A DNA stretch of 57,410 bases from NCBI GenBank assembly GCA_001717005.1, contig MAGS01000087.1, positions 15,453 through 72,862 on the forward strand, written 5' to 3'. The notes under the pieces were generated by a model, which worked only from the letters and a program-made list of their open reading frames with translations, was not told the DNA's origin and did not search any database. This document shows positions 8,109 to 16,558 of this stretch, piece by piece; position 1 is the first letter of the stretch; each line of letters opens with the position of its first letter. Source of the DNA: Candidatus Methanomethylicus mesodigestus (lineage in GTDB: Archaea > Thermoproteota > Methanomethylicia > Methanomethylicales > Methanomethylicaceae). Made by a program: the position numbers and the translations under genes.

Positions 8109-9602
8109 ATGAACAAAACAGGAGTAAGTCAAAGGGGAACGCCTTGGAAAGCTTTGAGCGATGACCAAGTGAAGATTCTCGACAATGCCGCATATGAGAT
8201 CCTCCGCGAAGTTGGCGTCTTTATCGCCGACGACGAGCTCCTCAGGATGGCCGCGAAACTGGGCGGAACAGTCGACCCCGACAAGAAGATCGTGAAGGGG
8301 ATGCCTGAATACATCATAAGGGAGAATGTTGCAAAGGCGCCTAGGAACTTCGTCTGTGCCGGCCGCGACCCCGAATGGGACATGGTCTTCCAGGGCGGCG
8401 GAACGAAGCAGTTCTGGGCTCCCGAGAGCGGCGCTACAGATCGCCTCCAATGGGACCCTGCCAAGAAGAACTATGCAAGAAGAAGGGCAAACGTGAAGGA
8501 CGTCGCCTATGCCGCCAAAGTCGTTGACGGCGTCGATGACTTCGACTGCAACTGTTATCTCTATGACCTTGGAGAAGAGGGCCAACTTGGGCTGCCGTCC
8601 GAGCTGATCAAGACCGACGCGATGCTCAGGAATACCACGAAATTTGCCGGGAACGTCTGCACGACCGTCTCTGACATAAAGGAGTTCGATTACATCGCCA
8701 AGCTCCATGCCACGATACAGGGCGACGCCGAGGAGTTCAGGAAGCGCCCGCTCTTCTGGACGGTCTACAACCCTCTGGGCACCCTGCAGATGAACAAGTT
8801 CAACAGCTGGTCGCTGCGCAAATCGTTTGAGCACCACTGGCCGATCATGACCGGGGTAGCCGGTGCCGCGCCGCTTACCGGTCCCGCCACCGCCGCTGCA
8901 AACGCCGCCATCACTCATGCGGGCCTACTCTGGATCACCGCCATGAAGGGTCTCTACGATCCGGGGACTGCAGTCATGAACAACAACATGGTCTTCTGCC
9001 TCGACCCGTTCACCGGGAAGGGGACGCTCACGTCTTCTCACTTCATGCTCGGCTGCTGCGCCATGAACCAGGTCTGGCACGACATCTACGGGCTGCCGAT
9101 GTGCCAATACACCGGAATCGGCACCTTCAGCCTCGATCAGGAGGCATTCGGTCTGGGCATTGAAATGATGATGCAATCCCTTTACGGGACAGACATGATC
9201 ATGATACAGCACTCGCAGGAGGCGCTCGATCCGGCCACGATCCCGATATGCGCCGAGATCGCCCACTACGGCAAACACATGATGTCCACCTTCGACCAGA
9301 TAATCCCCACAAAGGAGAACCTTGCCCTCGAGCTAGCCAAGCAGGTTGGAGCCACAGGCGAGGGATGGATGACCACCGACTTCAACATGGCCCGCCTCGA
9401 CCTCTTCTACAAGACCCTGACCCTCGAACAAAGGTCGCCCGACGTTTGGGTCAACGAGGGCTCGCCCTCATGGACGCAGGTCCTCTGCAGGGAGAAGCTC
9501 AAGGAGTACGAGCAGCACGAGCCGACCCCGTTGCCGAAGGACATCAACGAGAAGCTGGACGCGATCGTCAAGGAAGGCACAGACCTCCTGAAGAGGAAGT
9601 AA
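8109..9602 (+). CDS. MttB-superfamily corrinoid-dependent methyltransferase, non-pyrrolysine type (full length)
   Basis: About 497 aa, uninterrupted, no in-frame TAG. Paralog of the 3-1385 gene with shared blocks DPEWDMVFQGGGTKQFW, IPTKENLALELAK, GATGEGWMT and LCREKLKEYEQHEP. Confidence 0.9.
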   Translation: MNKTGVSQRGTPWKALSDDQVKILDNAAYEILREVGVFIADDELLRMAAKLGGTVDPDKKIVKGMPEYIIRENVAKAPRNFVCAGRDPEWDMVFQGGGTKQFWAPESGATDRLQWDPAKKNYARRRANVKDVAYAAKVVDGVDDFDCNCYLYDLGEEGQLGLPSELIKTDAMLRNTTKFAGNVCTTVSDIKEFDYIAKLHATIQGDAEEFRKRPLFWTVYNPLGTLQMNKFNSWSLRKSFEHHWPIMTGVAGAAPLTGPATAAANAAITHAGLLWITAMKGLYDPGTAVMNNNMVFCLDPFTGKGTLTSSHFMLGCCAMNQVWHDIYGLPMCQYTGIGTFSLDQEAFGLGIEMMMQSLYGTDMIMIQHSQEALDPATIPICAEIAHYGKHMMSTFDQIIPTKENLALELAKQVGATGEGWMTTDFNMARLDLFYKTLTLEQRSPDVWVNEGSPSWTQVLCREKLKEYEQHEPTPLPKDINEKLDAIVKEGTDLLKRK

Positions 9603-9606
9603 CCCC

Positions 9607-9626
9607 TTCCCTTCCTTCCTTTTTTT
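9607..9626 (+). terminator. Polypyrimidine/T7 terminator for the MttB homolog
   Basis: ttcccttccttccttttttt begins immediately after the TAA stop. Confidence 0.5.
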
Positions 9627-9651
9627 CCAGCTGCGAATTCTGGCGCGAACT

Positions 9652-9688
9652 AAAACCAAAAAAAAAAACAAAAACAAAAACAAAAAAA
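9652..9688 (-). terminator. Reiterated oligo-T terminator for ramA (reads T7 G T5 G T5 G T11 on the minus strand)
   Basis: The plus strand reads aaaaccaaaaaaaaaaacaaaaacaaaaacaaaaaaa, directly 3' of the ramA stop at 9696. Confidence 0.55.
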
Positions 9689-9695
9689 GGGCGGC

Positions 9696-11342
9696 TTAAG
9701 ACCCCTTCACGACGAACTTGGAGTAGTCGTACACCTTATCTGGGCACGCCGCAGCGCACTTCTTGCACGCAACGCCGTCGCAGTACTCCGTCCTTATCGT
9801 CGCCGTGAAGCCGCCGTCCTTATCCCCCTCCACCTTCAGCGCCTTCTCTATGCAGGCCTTCTCGCACGAGAGGCAGCCTGTGCACTTGTCGAAGGCCGCC
9901 GTCATGGTCGTGCCAATGTCCCTCACTATGTGGAGGCCCTTGCTTCCGAGGTTGGGTATGTCCCTCACGACCACCTTGTGTATATTCGGCGTTACCGTGC
10001 ACTCGGGGTATTCTGGCAGCTGGTACATGCTGAGGAACATCTTGTAGTCGTCCATCGATATGCCCTCCCAGAAGCCGAGCTCGCAGATGTAGGCATTCTT
10101 GAACGCCTCCTCGACAGGGAAGAGCACGTGCGTCCCCTTGAGCCGGTCCGCGATATCCTGGGCGTCGTCGATGACACTGAGGTCCTTGGCGATGTCGCAT
10201 GCGAAGGCGAGCGAGGTGTTCCCGACCTGGTATATGTCCTTGACATTGGGCGGGACCAATCCTACCCCCTGCGCCTTTATCGGGTCGACATACGTGCCGC
10301 CGGCCCCCGCCATGTATGCCGTCTGGATGTCGCTCATCTTCAGCCCAACGTGGTTCAGAAGGGTGAGGTGCCCCGCCCTGAACGCGCCGAATGCCTTGCC
10401 CACCTCGCAGAGGTCCTTCTCGTTGAAGTCTATCTCACCATTGAAGAGGTGTATCTTGCTGTCGGCGGTCGCGATTTTGGGCAGCTTTATGAAGCCCGCC
10501 TTCATGCCCGTGTAGGCCAGCGCTATCGTTCCCGTCCCGGTCAGCCCTTTGGGCTCGACATAATCCGCCCCCCTCCTTGTGATGCGCCAAGTCTTCGGGT
10601 TCAGCGCGTATGCGCGCTGCCCCATCATGGCGTTGTCAAGAACCGTGATGCTGAGCTCCCCGTCGATCGCGTTGATGTCCGATATCGCCCCTGGCGAGGC
10701 GAGCATGCCCTTCCCGATCTCCTGCCCCTCGATAGCGGGGCCTGCGGCCGCCGAGCCGGTGTATATCTCATCCCCGACCTTCAGGCCTATCTCGGCGTTC
10801 GTCCCGTAATCGGTGACCAGCGCCGTCTCCCTCCTGTCGAGCATGCCTGACTTGAATATCATGGCTATCGCGTCCGCGCCGATCATGTGCGCCACAGCCG
10901 GCGGGATGCATACCTGGGTCGACGGTTTGACCGACTCCAATCCGATCTTGCCGGCATCGAGGATTGCCGTCTTCCTCTCCGGTCTCGTCAGGCCCAGGCG
11001 CTTGAGGGTGTTCTCCCCCCCGAACGCGAGGTCGCGGATCTCGATGTTCTGGAATATGGACATCTGGATGGGGTTGCCGCAGGCGGCGATCCTCTCGACC
11101 TGGCCGGGCTCCACGTCTAGGCTCCTTATGACCGAATCAACGGCACGCACGACGATGTCGTGGCCGACATCCCTCCCGTTGTTGAGGCAGAAGTCAAGGT
11201 GGTCGATCACGTTGCTGCCGGGGAGTGGGTGGCGCAGAGTGATTGCCGTGGACAGCACCTTCTTCGTCTCAAGCTCTATCGCCTGGGTGCGTATGCCGCT
11301 CGTGCCTATGTCAAGACCAATTACAATCGCCATGCTATTCAA
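9696..11342 (-). CDS. ramA: RamA-type corrinoid protein reductive activase (ASKHA ATPase fold plus two 4Fe-4S ferredoxin motifs)
   Basis: N-terminus IGLDIGTSGIRTQ is an ASKHA phosphate-1 motif. The C-terminus carries CTGCLSCEKAC and CDGVACKKCAAACP clusters. Sits next to the methyltransferase genes. Confidence 0.85.
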   Translation of the reverse strand: MNSMAIVIGLDIGTSGIRTQAIELETKKVLSTAITLRHPLPGSNVIDHLDFCLNNGRDVGHDIVVRAVDSVIRSLDVEPGQVERIAACGNPIQMSIFQNIEIRDLAFGGENTLKRLGLTRPERKTAILDAGKIGLESVKPSTQVCIPPAVAHMIGADAIAMIFKSGMLDRRETALVTDYGTNAEIGLKVGDEIYTGSAAAGPAIEGQEIGKGMLASPGAISDINAIDGELSITVLDNAMMGQRAYALNPKTWRITRRGADYVEPKGLTGTGTIALAYTGMKAGFIKLPKIATADSKIHLFNGEIDFNEKDLCEVGKAFGAFRAGHLTLLNHVGLKMSDIQTAYMAGAGGTYVDPIKAQGVGLVPPNVKDIYQVGNTSLAFACDIAKDLSVIDDAQDIADRLKGTHVLFPVEEAFKNAYICELGFWEGISMDDYKMFLSMYQLPEYPECTVTPNIHKVVVRDIPNLGSKGLHIVRDIGTTMTAAFDKCTGCLSCEKACIEKALKVEGDKDGGFTATIRTEYCDGVACKKCAAACPDKVYDYSKFVVKGS

Positions 11343-11601
11343 TCCTGAGATTAGTTTGGTCAGAATTTACTTGATAAGCGTATTGAATATCTTTTAACAT
11401 AATTACACATGCTTTAACACATGTTGGACGCACTTCCCGCCGCGCCGGTGCGCCGCCGAGTATGGTCCATGTGCCGCACTCCCAGCACTCCTCATTTTGC
11501 CGGGTCGCCTGCCGCGCCCCCCGTCGCTTTGCCTGCACATGCCAACGCTAAAATAAACAGAGCAAGCATACCTATACCACGAATCCACGGACGTGTTGCC
11601 A

Positions 11602-13218
11602 ATGAACGCCTCAGAGTATCTCTTGGATCGCCTTGCCGACTACAAGGTTGACCACATATTCGGAATCCCTGGCGATTATATTCTCCCCTTCTTTGCCCAC
11701 GCCGAAGCTAGCGGCATCAGGATGGTGACCACCACCCACGAGCCGAGCGCGGGGTACGCCGCCGACGCGTATGCGAGGACAAAGGGCCTTGGCGCGGCAG
11801 TGGCGACCTACGGGGTCGGCGCCCTCAACATGCTGAACGCGACTGCCCAGGCATACGCCGAGCGCTCGCCGACCCTCTTCATCTCCGGCGCCCCCGAGAT
11901 CAGCGGGAGGAGCCCAGACAAGCTCCTGCACCACGAGGTGAAGCACTGGGACACCCAGATACGCGCCTTCAGCGAGATGACCTGCGCCGCCGTCAACCTC
12001 GTGGACGGCGCCAAGGCATGCGAGCAGATAGACACCGTGATCGACGATGTCATGCGGCTCAAGCGGCCGGGCTACATCGAGCTGCCCCGGGACATGCAGA
12101 AGACTGAGGTCGAGCGCCGGAGGGTCGTGAGGACCTACCTCAAGAGGGGGGACGACTTCGAGAAGAACCTCGCAGACGCCACCTCAAAGGTCATCGGGAT
12201 ACTCAACGGCAGCAAGAGGCCCGTCATCTATGCGGGCGTAGAGATCGACAGGTTCGGGCTGAGGAGCGAACTCATCCGGTTTGCCAAGAAGGCGAACCTG
12301 CCTGTTGCCACCTCCCTCCTCGGCAAGAGCGTCTTCCCCGAGACCCACCCCAACTTCGTCGGCATATACATGGGCGCCATCGGGTCGCAGCGCGCGAGGG
12401 AGATGGTCGAGAACTCCGACTGTGTTCTGCTCCTCGGCGGATTCATGACCGACTTCGACAGCGGCCTCTTCACGATGAGGATCCCTGACGACAACCTCAT
12501 ACTCGCCGACGCCAGCCAGCTGCTGGTGAGGGGCGAATCCTTCCCCGGAATAACGCTGCCGGACCTCATGCGGTCGTTGCTCCTGAGCCCGGGCATAAAC
12601 CCGCGCGAGCCGCCCGCAAGGCAGCCGGCCGACAGCAAGGCCGCCCAGCCCCAGCAGGGCTCAGGCCTGAGCGCGGGCTCGATAATCGAGGCGCTCAACG
12701 GCTTCGTTGGGGACGAGATGGCGGTGGTAACTGACGTGGGCGACTGCCTCTTCTCGTGCGTGGACCTCAAGGTCAACCGGTTCCTCGCCCCAGCCTTCTA
12801 CGCCAGCGTCGGCTTCGGCGTCCCTGCCGGGCTTGGCATGGGGCTGGCGGACCTCACGCGCCGCACCGTGGTCCTCGTCGGCGACGGGGGATTCCAGATG
12901 ACCGGCGTGGAGCTGAGCACGGCGAAGAGGCTCGGCATAAACCCCATAGTGATCGTTTACAACGACGCCAAGTACGGCACGCTAGAGGCCATGCGCGCAG
13001 GAATGAAGAGCTTCGACCTCCCGGTCTGGGACTACTCCGGACTGGCAAAGGCGATCGGATGCGACGGCTGCGCGGCGTCGACACCGCAGGAGCTGAAGGG
13101 CGCGCTCCAGTCTGCCCTGAGTTCCCGGGTGCCGTACGTCATCGACGCGAAGCTCTCGGGCGCCCGCTCCAACACGCTGCAGCGCCTAGGGGGCCTTGTA
13201 GGCAAGAAGACCGCGTGA
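11602..13218 (+). CDS. Thiamine-diphosphate-dependent 2-ketoacid decarboxylase (pyruvate/indolepyruvate/phenylpyruvate decarboxylase family)
   Basis: N-terminal Pyr domain GIPGDYILPFF...HEPSAGYAADAYAR...GVGALN. TPP motif GDGGFQM...VYND. About 540 aa. Confidence 0.8.
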   Translation: MNASEYLLDRLADYKVDHIFGIPGDYILPFFAHAEASGIRMVTTTHEPSAGYAADAYARTKGLGAAVATYGVGALNMLNATAQAYAERSPTLFISGAPEISGRSPDKLLHHEVKHWDTQIRAFSEMTCAAVNLVDGAKACEQIDTVIDDVMRLKRPGYIELPRDMQKTEVERRRVVRTYLKRGDDFEKNLADATSKVIGILNGSKRPVIYAGVEIDRFGLRSELIRFAKKANLPVATSLLGKSVFPETHPNFVGIYMGAIGSQRAREMVENSDCVLLLGGFMTDFDSGLFTMRIPDDNLILADASQLLVRGESFPGITLPDLMRSLLLSPGINPREPPARQPADSKAAQPQQGSGLSAGSIIEALNGFVGDEMAVVTDVGDCLFSCVDLKVNRFLAPAFYASVGFGVPAGLGMGLADLTRRTVVLVGDGGFQMTGVELSTAKRLGINPIVIVYNDAKYGTLEAMRAGMKSFDLPVWDYSGLAKAIGCDGCAASTPQELKGALQSALSSRVPYVIDAKLSGARSNTLQRLGGLVGKKTA

Positions 13219-13248
13219 GCCCGGCGATGTAAGCCACTCTTAAATAGC

Positions 13249-14898
13249 ATGAGCATAGACGCAATCTGTCCGGGCGGTCATCATATGGGCGAGCACGAGG
13301 CGTTCGAGAAAGAGATCGTTGACTACGCGAAGACCATCTTCAGGGGATATCCGCAATACGAGGGATATCACGACTCGCTGATACGCGAGATGACGGCGCG
13401 GGCGCAGGCATCCCCCATCTACGCGGGCAGGGTCTCCAAGATATCCGGAATCAGCGAGCTCAACGAACTCCCCCTGCTCTTCTACGACCGCATCTTCGGC
13501 GCCATAAAGCAGCAGGGCCTCGACGCGGTCCTGCTCGCAAAGCCTGCCCAGTACTGGCAGACCTCCGGCTACACCGGCGAGCCGAAGCGCTTCTACTACA
13601 GCGCCGCCGATGTGGACCACCTCACGAGCACATTCGCTGTATTGGGATACGCGATGGGGGTCCGCCCGTGGACGCCCTACTGGAACTTCGGCGCCCGCGA
13701 CCCGCTCCTCTCCAACAAGCTCTTCGAGGTGGGCGCCAAGAAGCTGAAGATCGAGAAGTACCTTTCCACCCCCCTGGGGAGCCAGGCCGACTTCTTCGAA
13801 GCCATGCGGAGAGCCTCCAAGGGAGGCCACTTTGACGTCGCGACCGGCACCCCCCTCCTGTATATGCTGATGGCGAGGGTGGCGAACGACCCGTCTTATG
13901 CCGAGAGCGTCGTGCTGCGCGCCGTGAAGGCACAGATCGGCCTCCCGGAGTTCCTCGCGAAGCTCATCGTCAAGTACCTGCTTAGGGGCGTTGACTACCC
14001 TGCCCTCAAGAAGCTCGTCGAGAGCATGACGATAGGCCTGTCCTACACCGAGCCCATCGCGCCCAACATCGAGACTCTCTCAAGATACTACCCGAAGATG
14101 AGGTTCTTCGACTGCTTCGGGAGCACGGAGGCCCCTGTCCAGGGCGTCCAGATATTCAGCGGGAGGCCGGGATTCGCCTACCTCCTGACGAACGTGATCC
14201 CCGAGATGGCGAAGCCGGAGGACATCCTGAATGCGCGTAAGGACCTGTCGGCAAAGGTGACTGCTACCCCATGGACGGACTGGCATGCCGGCATGCGCGG
14301 CGAGCTGGTCATAACGCGCCCCGGCGAGTGCCTCCCGCTCATCAGGTACCCCACCGGCGACATCATCGAGGTCATCGACCCCGCCTGCGAGCACAAGGTC
14401 AAGCTCGATTACGGCGACCTGTCCTTCACGCTCCCCGTCGTAAAGTTCCTGGGCCGATCCGTGGACCTGGTCGACTTCGAGGTCTCCGACGAGAAGGGGG
14501 ACTTCCTAGGCGGCAGGATCTACTCAAGCGTCGTCAACGAGCACCTCCTCAGGCTGCCCAACATCAGGTGGTGGGAGTTCTACAAGGTGGGCACCGTCCC
14601 GGCGAAGCTCGTCTTCGTGATAATCCCTGAGAAGCCGGTCGACGACGAGGAGGCATTCCGGTCAAGAATCATCAAGAGCCTGAACCAGATCGACTCCTTC
14701 CTCAGCATAGGGCTTACGCTGGACCTCGTGAAGGTTGTGATAACGAAGCCATCCGCCTACAGGCTGGTAGAGGATGAGATCGACCGGAGAGTGCGGAGCG
14801 GCCGCTCCCTTGGCCAGCTCAAGCCCCGGCGCGTCATGTCGGTGGCCAACGACGACGAGCTCAATGCTGCCATCAGGGAGAAGGTCGCGTCCCCCTGA
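13249..14898 (+). CDS. ANL-superfamily adenylate-forming enzyme (PaaK / coenzyme F390 synthetase / GH3-like)
   Basis: Motifs TSGYTGEPK (A3-like), FGSTE (A5-like) and YPTGD (A8-like). 549 aa. Confidence 0.65.
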   Translation: MSIDAICPGGHHMGEHEAFEKEIVDYAKTIFRGYPQYEGYHDSLIREMTARAQASPIYAGRVSKISGISELNELPLLFYDRIFGAIKQQGLDAVLLAKPAQYWQTSGYTGEPKRFYYSAADVDHLTSTFAVLGYAMGVRPWTPYWNFGARDPLLSNKLFEVGAKKLKIEKYLSTPLGSQADFFEAMRRASKGGHFDVATGTPLLYMLMARVANDPSYAESVVLRAVKAQIGLPEFLAKLIVKYLLRGVDYPALKKLVESMTIGLSYTEPIAPNIETLSRYYPKMRFFDCFGSTEAPVQGVQIFSGRPGFAYLLTNVIPEMAKPEDILNARKDLSAKVTATPWTDWHAGMRGELVITRPGECLPLIRYPTGDIIEVIDPACEHKVKLDYGDLSFTLPVVKFLGRSVDLVDFEVSDEKGDFLGGRIYSSVVNEHLLRLPNIRWWEFYKVGTVPAKLVFVIIPEKPVDDEEAFRSRIIKSLNQIDSFLSIGLTLDLVKVVITKPSAYRLVEDEIDRRVRSGRSLGQLKPRRVMSVANDDELNAAIREKVASP

Positions 14899-14907
14899 GC
14901 CGCCTAA

Positions 14908-15216
14908 TCAGAGCTTGCTGCCACACTTGGGGCAGTAATCCGCATCGGCGATGCCCTTCTCGCCGCACTTCGCGCAGTCGATGCGCACCTTGCCCTCCCT
15001 CACCTTGGTGACCGCCTGATCGAACTCCTTGGCGATCTGCGAGAACGCCTTCTCCATCTCCTTGCCGGCCGCGGCGAACGCGTCCCTGATCTCCTCAGTC
15101 GGGACCCTGACGCCTGCCGCCTTGCCTGCCTCGGTCCTTATGCCGCAGCGGGGGCAGTAGTAGTCGTCTGCCGCGAGCTGTTTTCCGCACTTTGTACAGA
15201 AGACCAAAAACCTCAC
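14908..15216 (-). CDS. Double zinc-ribbon protein
   Basis: CTKCG...CPRCG at the N-terminus and CAKCG...CPKCG at the C-terminus, flanking a helical linker. Confidence 0.6.
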   Translation of the reverse strand: MRFLVFCTKCGKQLAADDYYCPRCGIRTEAGKAAGVRVPTEEIRDAFAAAGKEMEKAFSQIAKEFDQAVTKVREGKVRIDCAKCGEKGIADADYCPKCGSKL

Positions 15217-15315
15217 CCTGTAAGACTCGCAGGCGATCCATTTATCGCTGACCCCTGCGGGCGCACCAGATTACGTTATTAGGCATATGCAACAAATGTA
15301 TGCTGGTGGATTATC

Positions 15316-16368
15316 ATGCCAGCCGGATCTGGCGACGTCTATCCTAAGTTCCGGGCGGCCGCGGTGCAGGCGGCGCCCGTTTTCCTTGACCGTGATGCTA
15401 CCATCAAGAAGATGGACGACCTTGTCATGAAGGCGAAGGAGAAGGGCGCCGACATCGTCGTGTTCGGGGAGGCTTTCGTCTCCGCCTTCCCCATATGGAA
15501 CATGGTCTACGCTCCGGTCGACCAGCACGAGTTCTTCAAGAAGCTCTTCGAGAACTCCGTCGAGATACCCGGGCCGCACCTGAAGATGATCGGAGAGGTC
15601 GCCCGCAGGCACAACGTCTTCCTCTCCGTTGGCATCAACGAGAAGGGGCCCATAAGCATGGGCGCAATGTGGAACACGAACCTCCTCTTCGACCGGGAGG
15701 GTCGCCTGCTAAGCAAGCACCAGAAGCTCGTCCCGACGTGGGCCGAGAAGCTGACGTGGGCAAGGGGTGACGGATCATCCCTCCGCATCGTCCCGACGGA
15801 GATCGGCCGAATAGGCGTGTTAAACTGCGGCGAGAACACAAACCCGCTTGCTCGATTCACGTTACTGGCTCAGGGCGAGCAGGTGCACATAGCGACCTAT
15901 CCTCCGGCATGGCCCTTCAAGCGGATGGGCCTCGCTGGGAACTACAACCTTACGGAGGCAATACGGATCAGATCCGCCGCGCACTCGTTCGAGGGCAAGG
16001 TGTTCAACATAGTATCATCCTGCATCCTCGATGGGGATGCAATCGACCAGGTCTCGAAGGGGAACCCTGATACAAAGGGGTTCTTGGAGCGCGCACCGCC
16101 GCCGATCTCGCTCATACTCGGTCCCACCGGCGAGATGATCGCCGAGCCGGTAATCGGCAAGGAGGGCATGGTCGTCGCCGACATCGACGTGGCGCAGTGC
16201 ATCGAGCAGAAGCAGGCACATGATATCGTCGGCTATTACAACCGTTTCGACATCTTCCGCCTTGAGGTGGATTTTACGCCAAACTTGCCCATCTGGCCCA
16301 AGGGGCTACATGAGGAGGCGCCACCTGAAGAGGAGGAAGAAAGCAACAGCGAGAAGCTCAACGACTAA
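15316..16368 (+). CDS. Nitrilase / carbon-nitrogen hydrolase family enzyme
   Basis: The Glu-Lys-Cys triad context is present: VVFGEAF, HQKLVP, LNCGEN. About 350 aa with an acidic C-terminal tail. Confidence 0.85.
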   Translation: MPAGSGDVYPKFRAAAVQAAPVFLDRDATIKKMDDLVMKAKEKGADIVVFGEAFVSAFPIWNMVYAPVDQHEFFKKLFENSVEIPGPHLKMIGEVARRHNVFLSVGINEKGPISMGAMWNTNLLFDREGRLLSKHQKLVPTWAEKLTWARGDGSSLRIVPTEIGRIGVLNCGENTNPLARFTLLAQGEQVHIATYPPAWPFKRMGLAGNYNLTEAIRIRSAAHSFEGKVFNIVSSCILDGDAIDQVSKGNPDTKGFLERAPPPISLILGPTGEMIAEPVIGKEGMVVADIDVAQCIEQKQAHDIVGYYNRFDIFRLEVDFTPNLPIWPKGLHEEAPPEEEEESNSEKLND

Positions 16369-16505
16369 ACTCCGGTCGCACCGGAGCGAAAATACTACAA
16401 CACGCAGCAGAAGGCACGAACCGCCATTTTCAATGGTGCCGTATTAACTGATACATGTCGCCATAAGTTGAATTATTCGCCCTTCCTTTTTTCTATTATG
16501 ACAAT

Positions 16506-16538
16506 AAGCTTATTAGCTGTTGGATGGATAATCCAACC
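16506..16538 (+). promoter_or_regulatory. Conserved promoter/operator block A (CTTATTA box plus palindrome GGATGGAT-A-ATCCAACC) upstream of the cobamide transport/salvage operon
   Basis: 28 of 33 positions are identical, ungapped, to 27276-27308, including a 16-nt perfect run ttggatggataatcca. The block ends 21 nt before the ATG at 16559. Confidence 0.6.
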
Positions 16539-16558
16539 ATAAGATTTGTGGTGATCCA

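Noticed and set aside
9652-9688. The A5-11/C microsatellite-like tract as a possible repeat element or CRISPR-like feature.
   Set aside because: There are no spacers and no repeat units longer than 6 nt. On the minus strand it is a series of oligo-T tracts directly 3' of ramA, which fits an archaeal intrinsic terminator.
15300-15318. ggtggattatcatg at the nitrilase start codon resembles a half-site of the cobamide-operon palindrome (TGGATTATCCA).
   Set aside because: It is only a partial half-site with a deletion and no dyad partner. It overlaps the start codon and has no functional link to cobamide genes.
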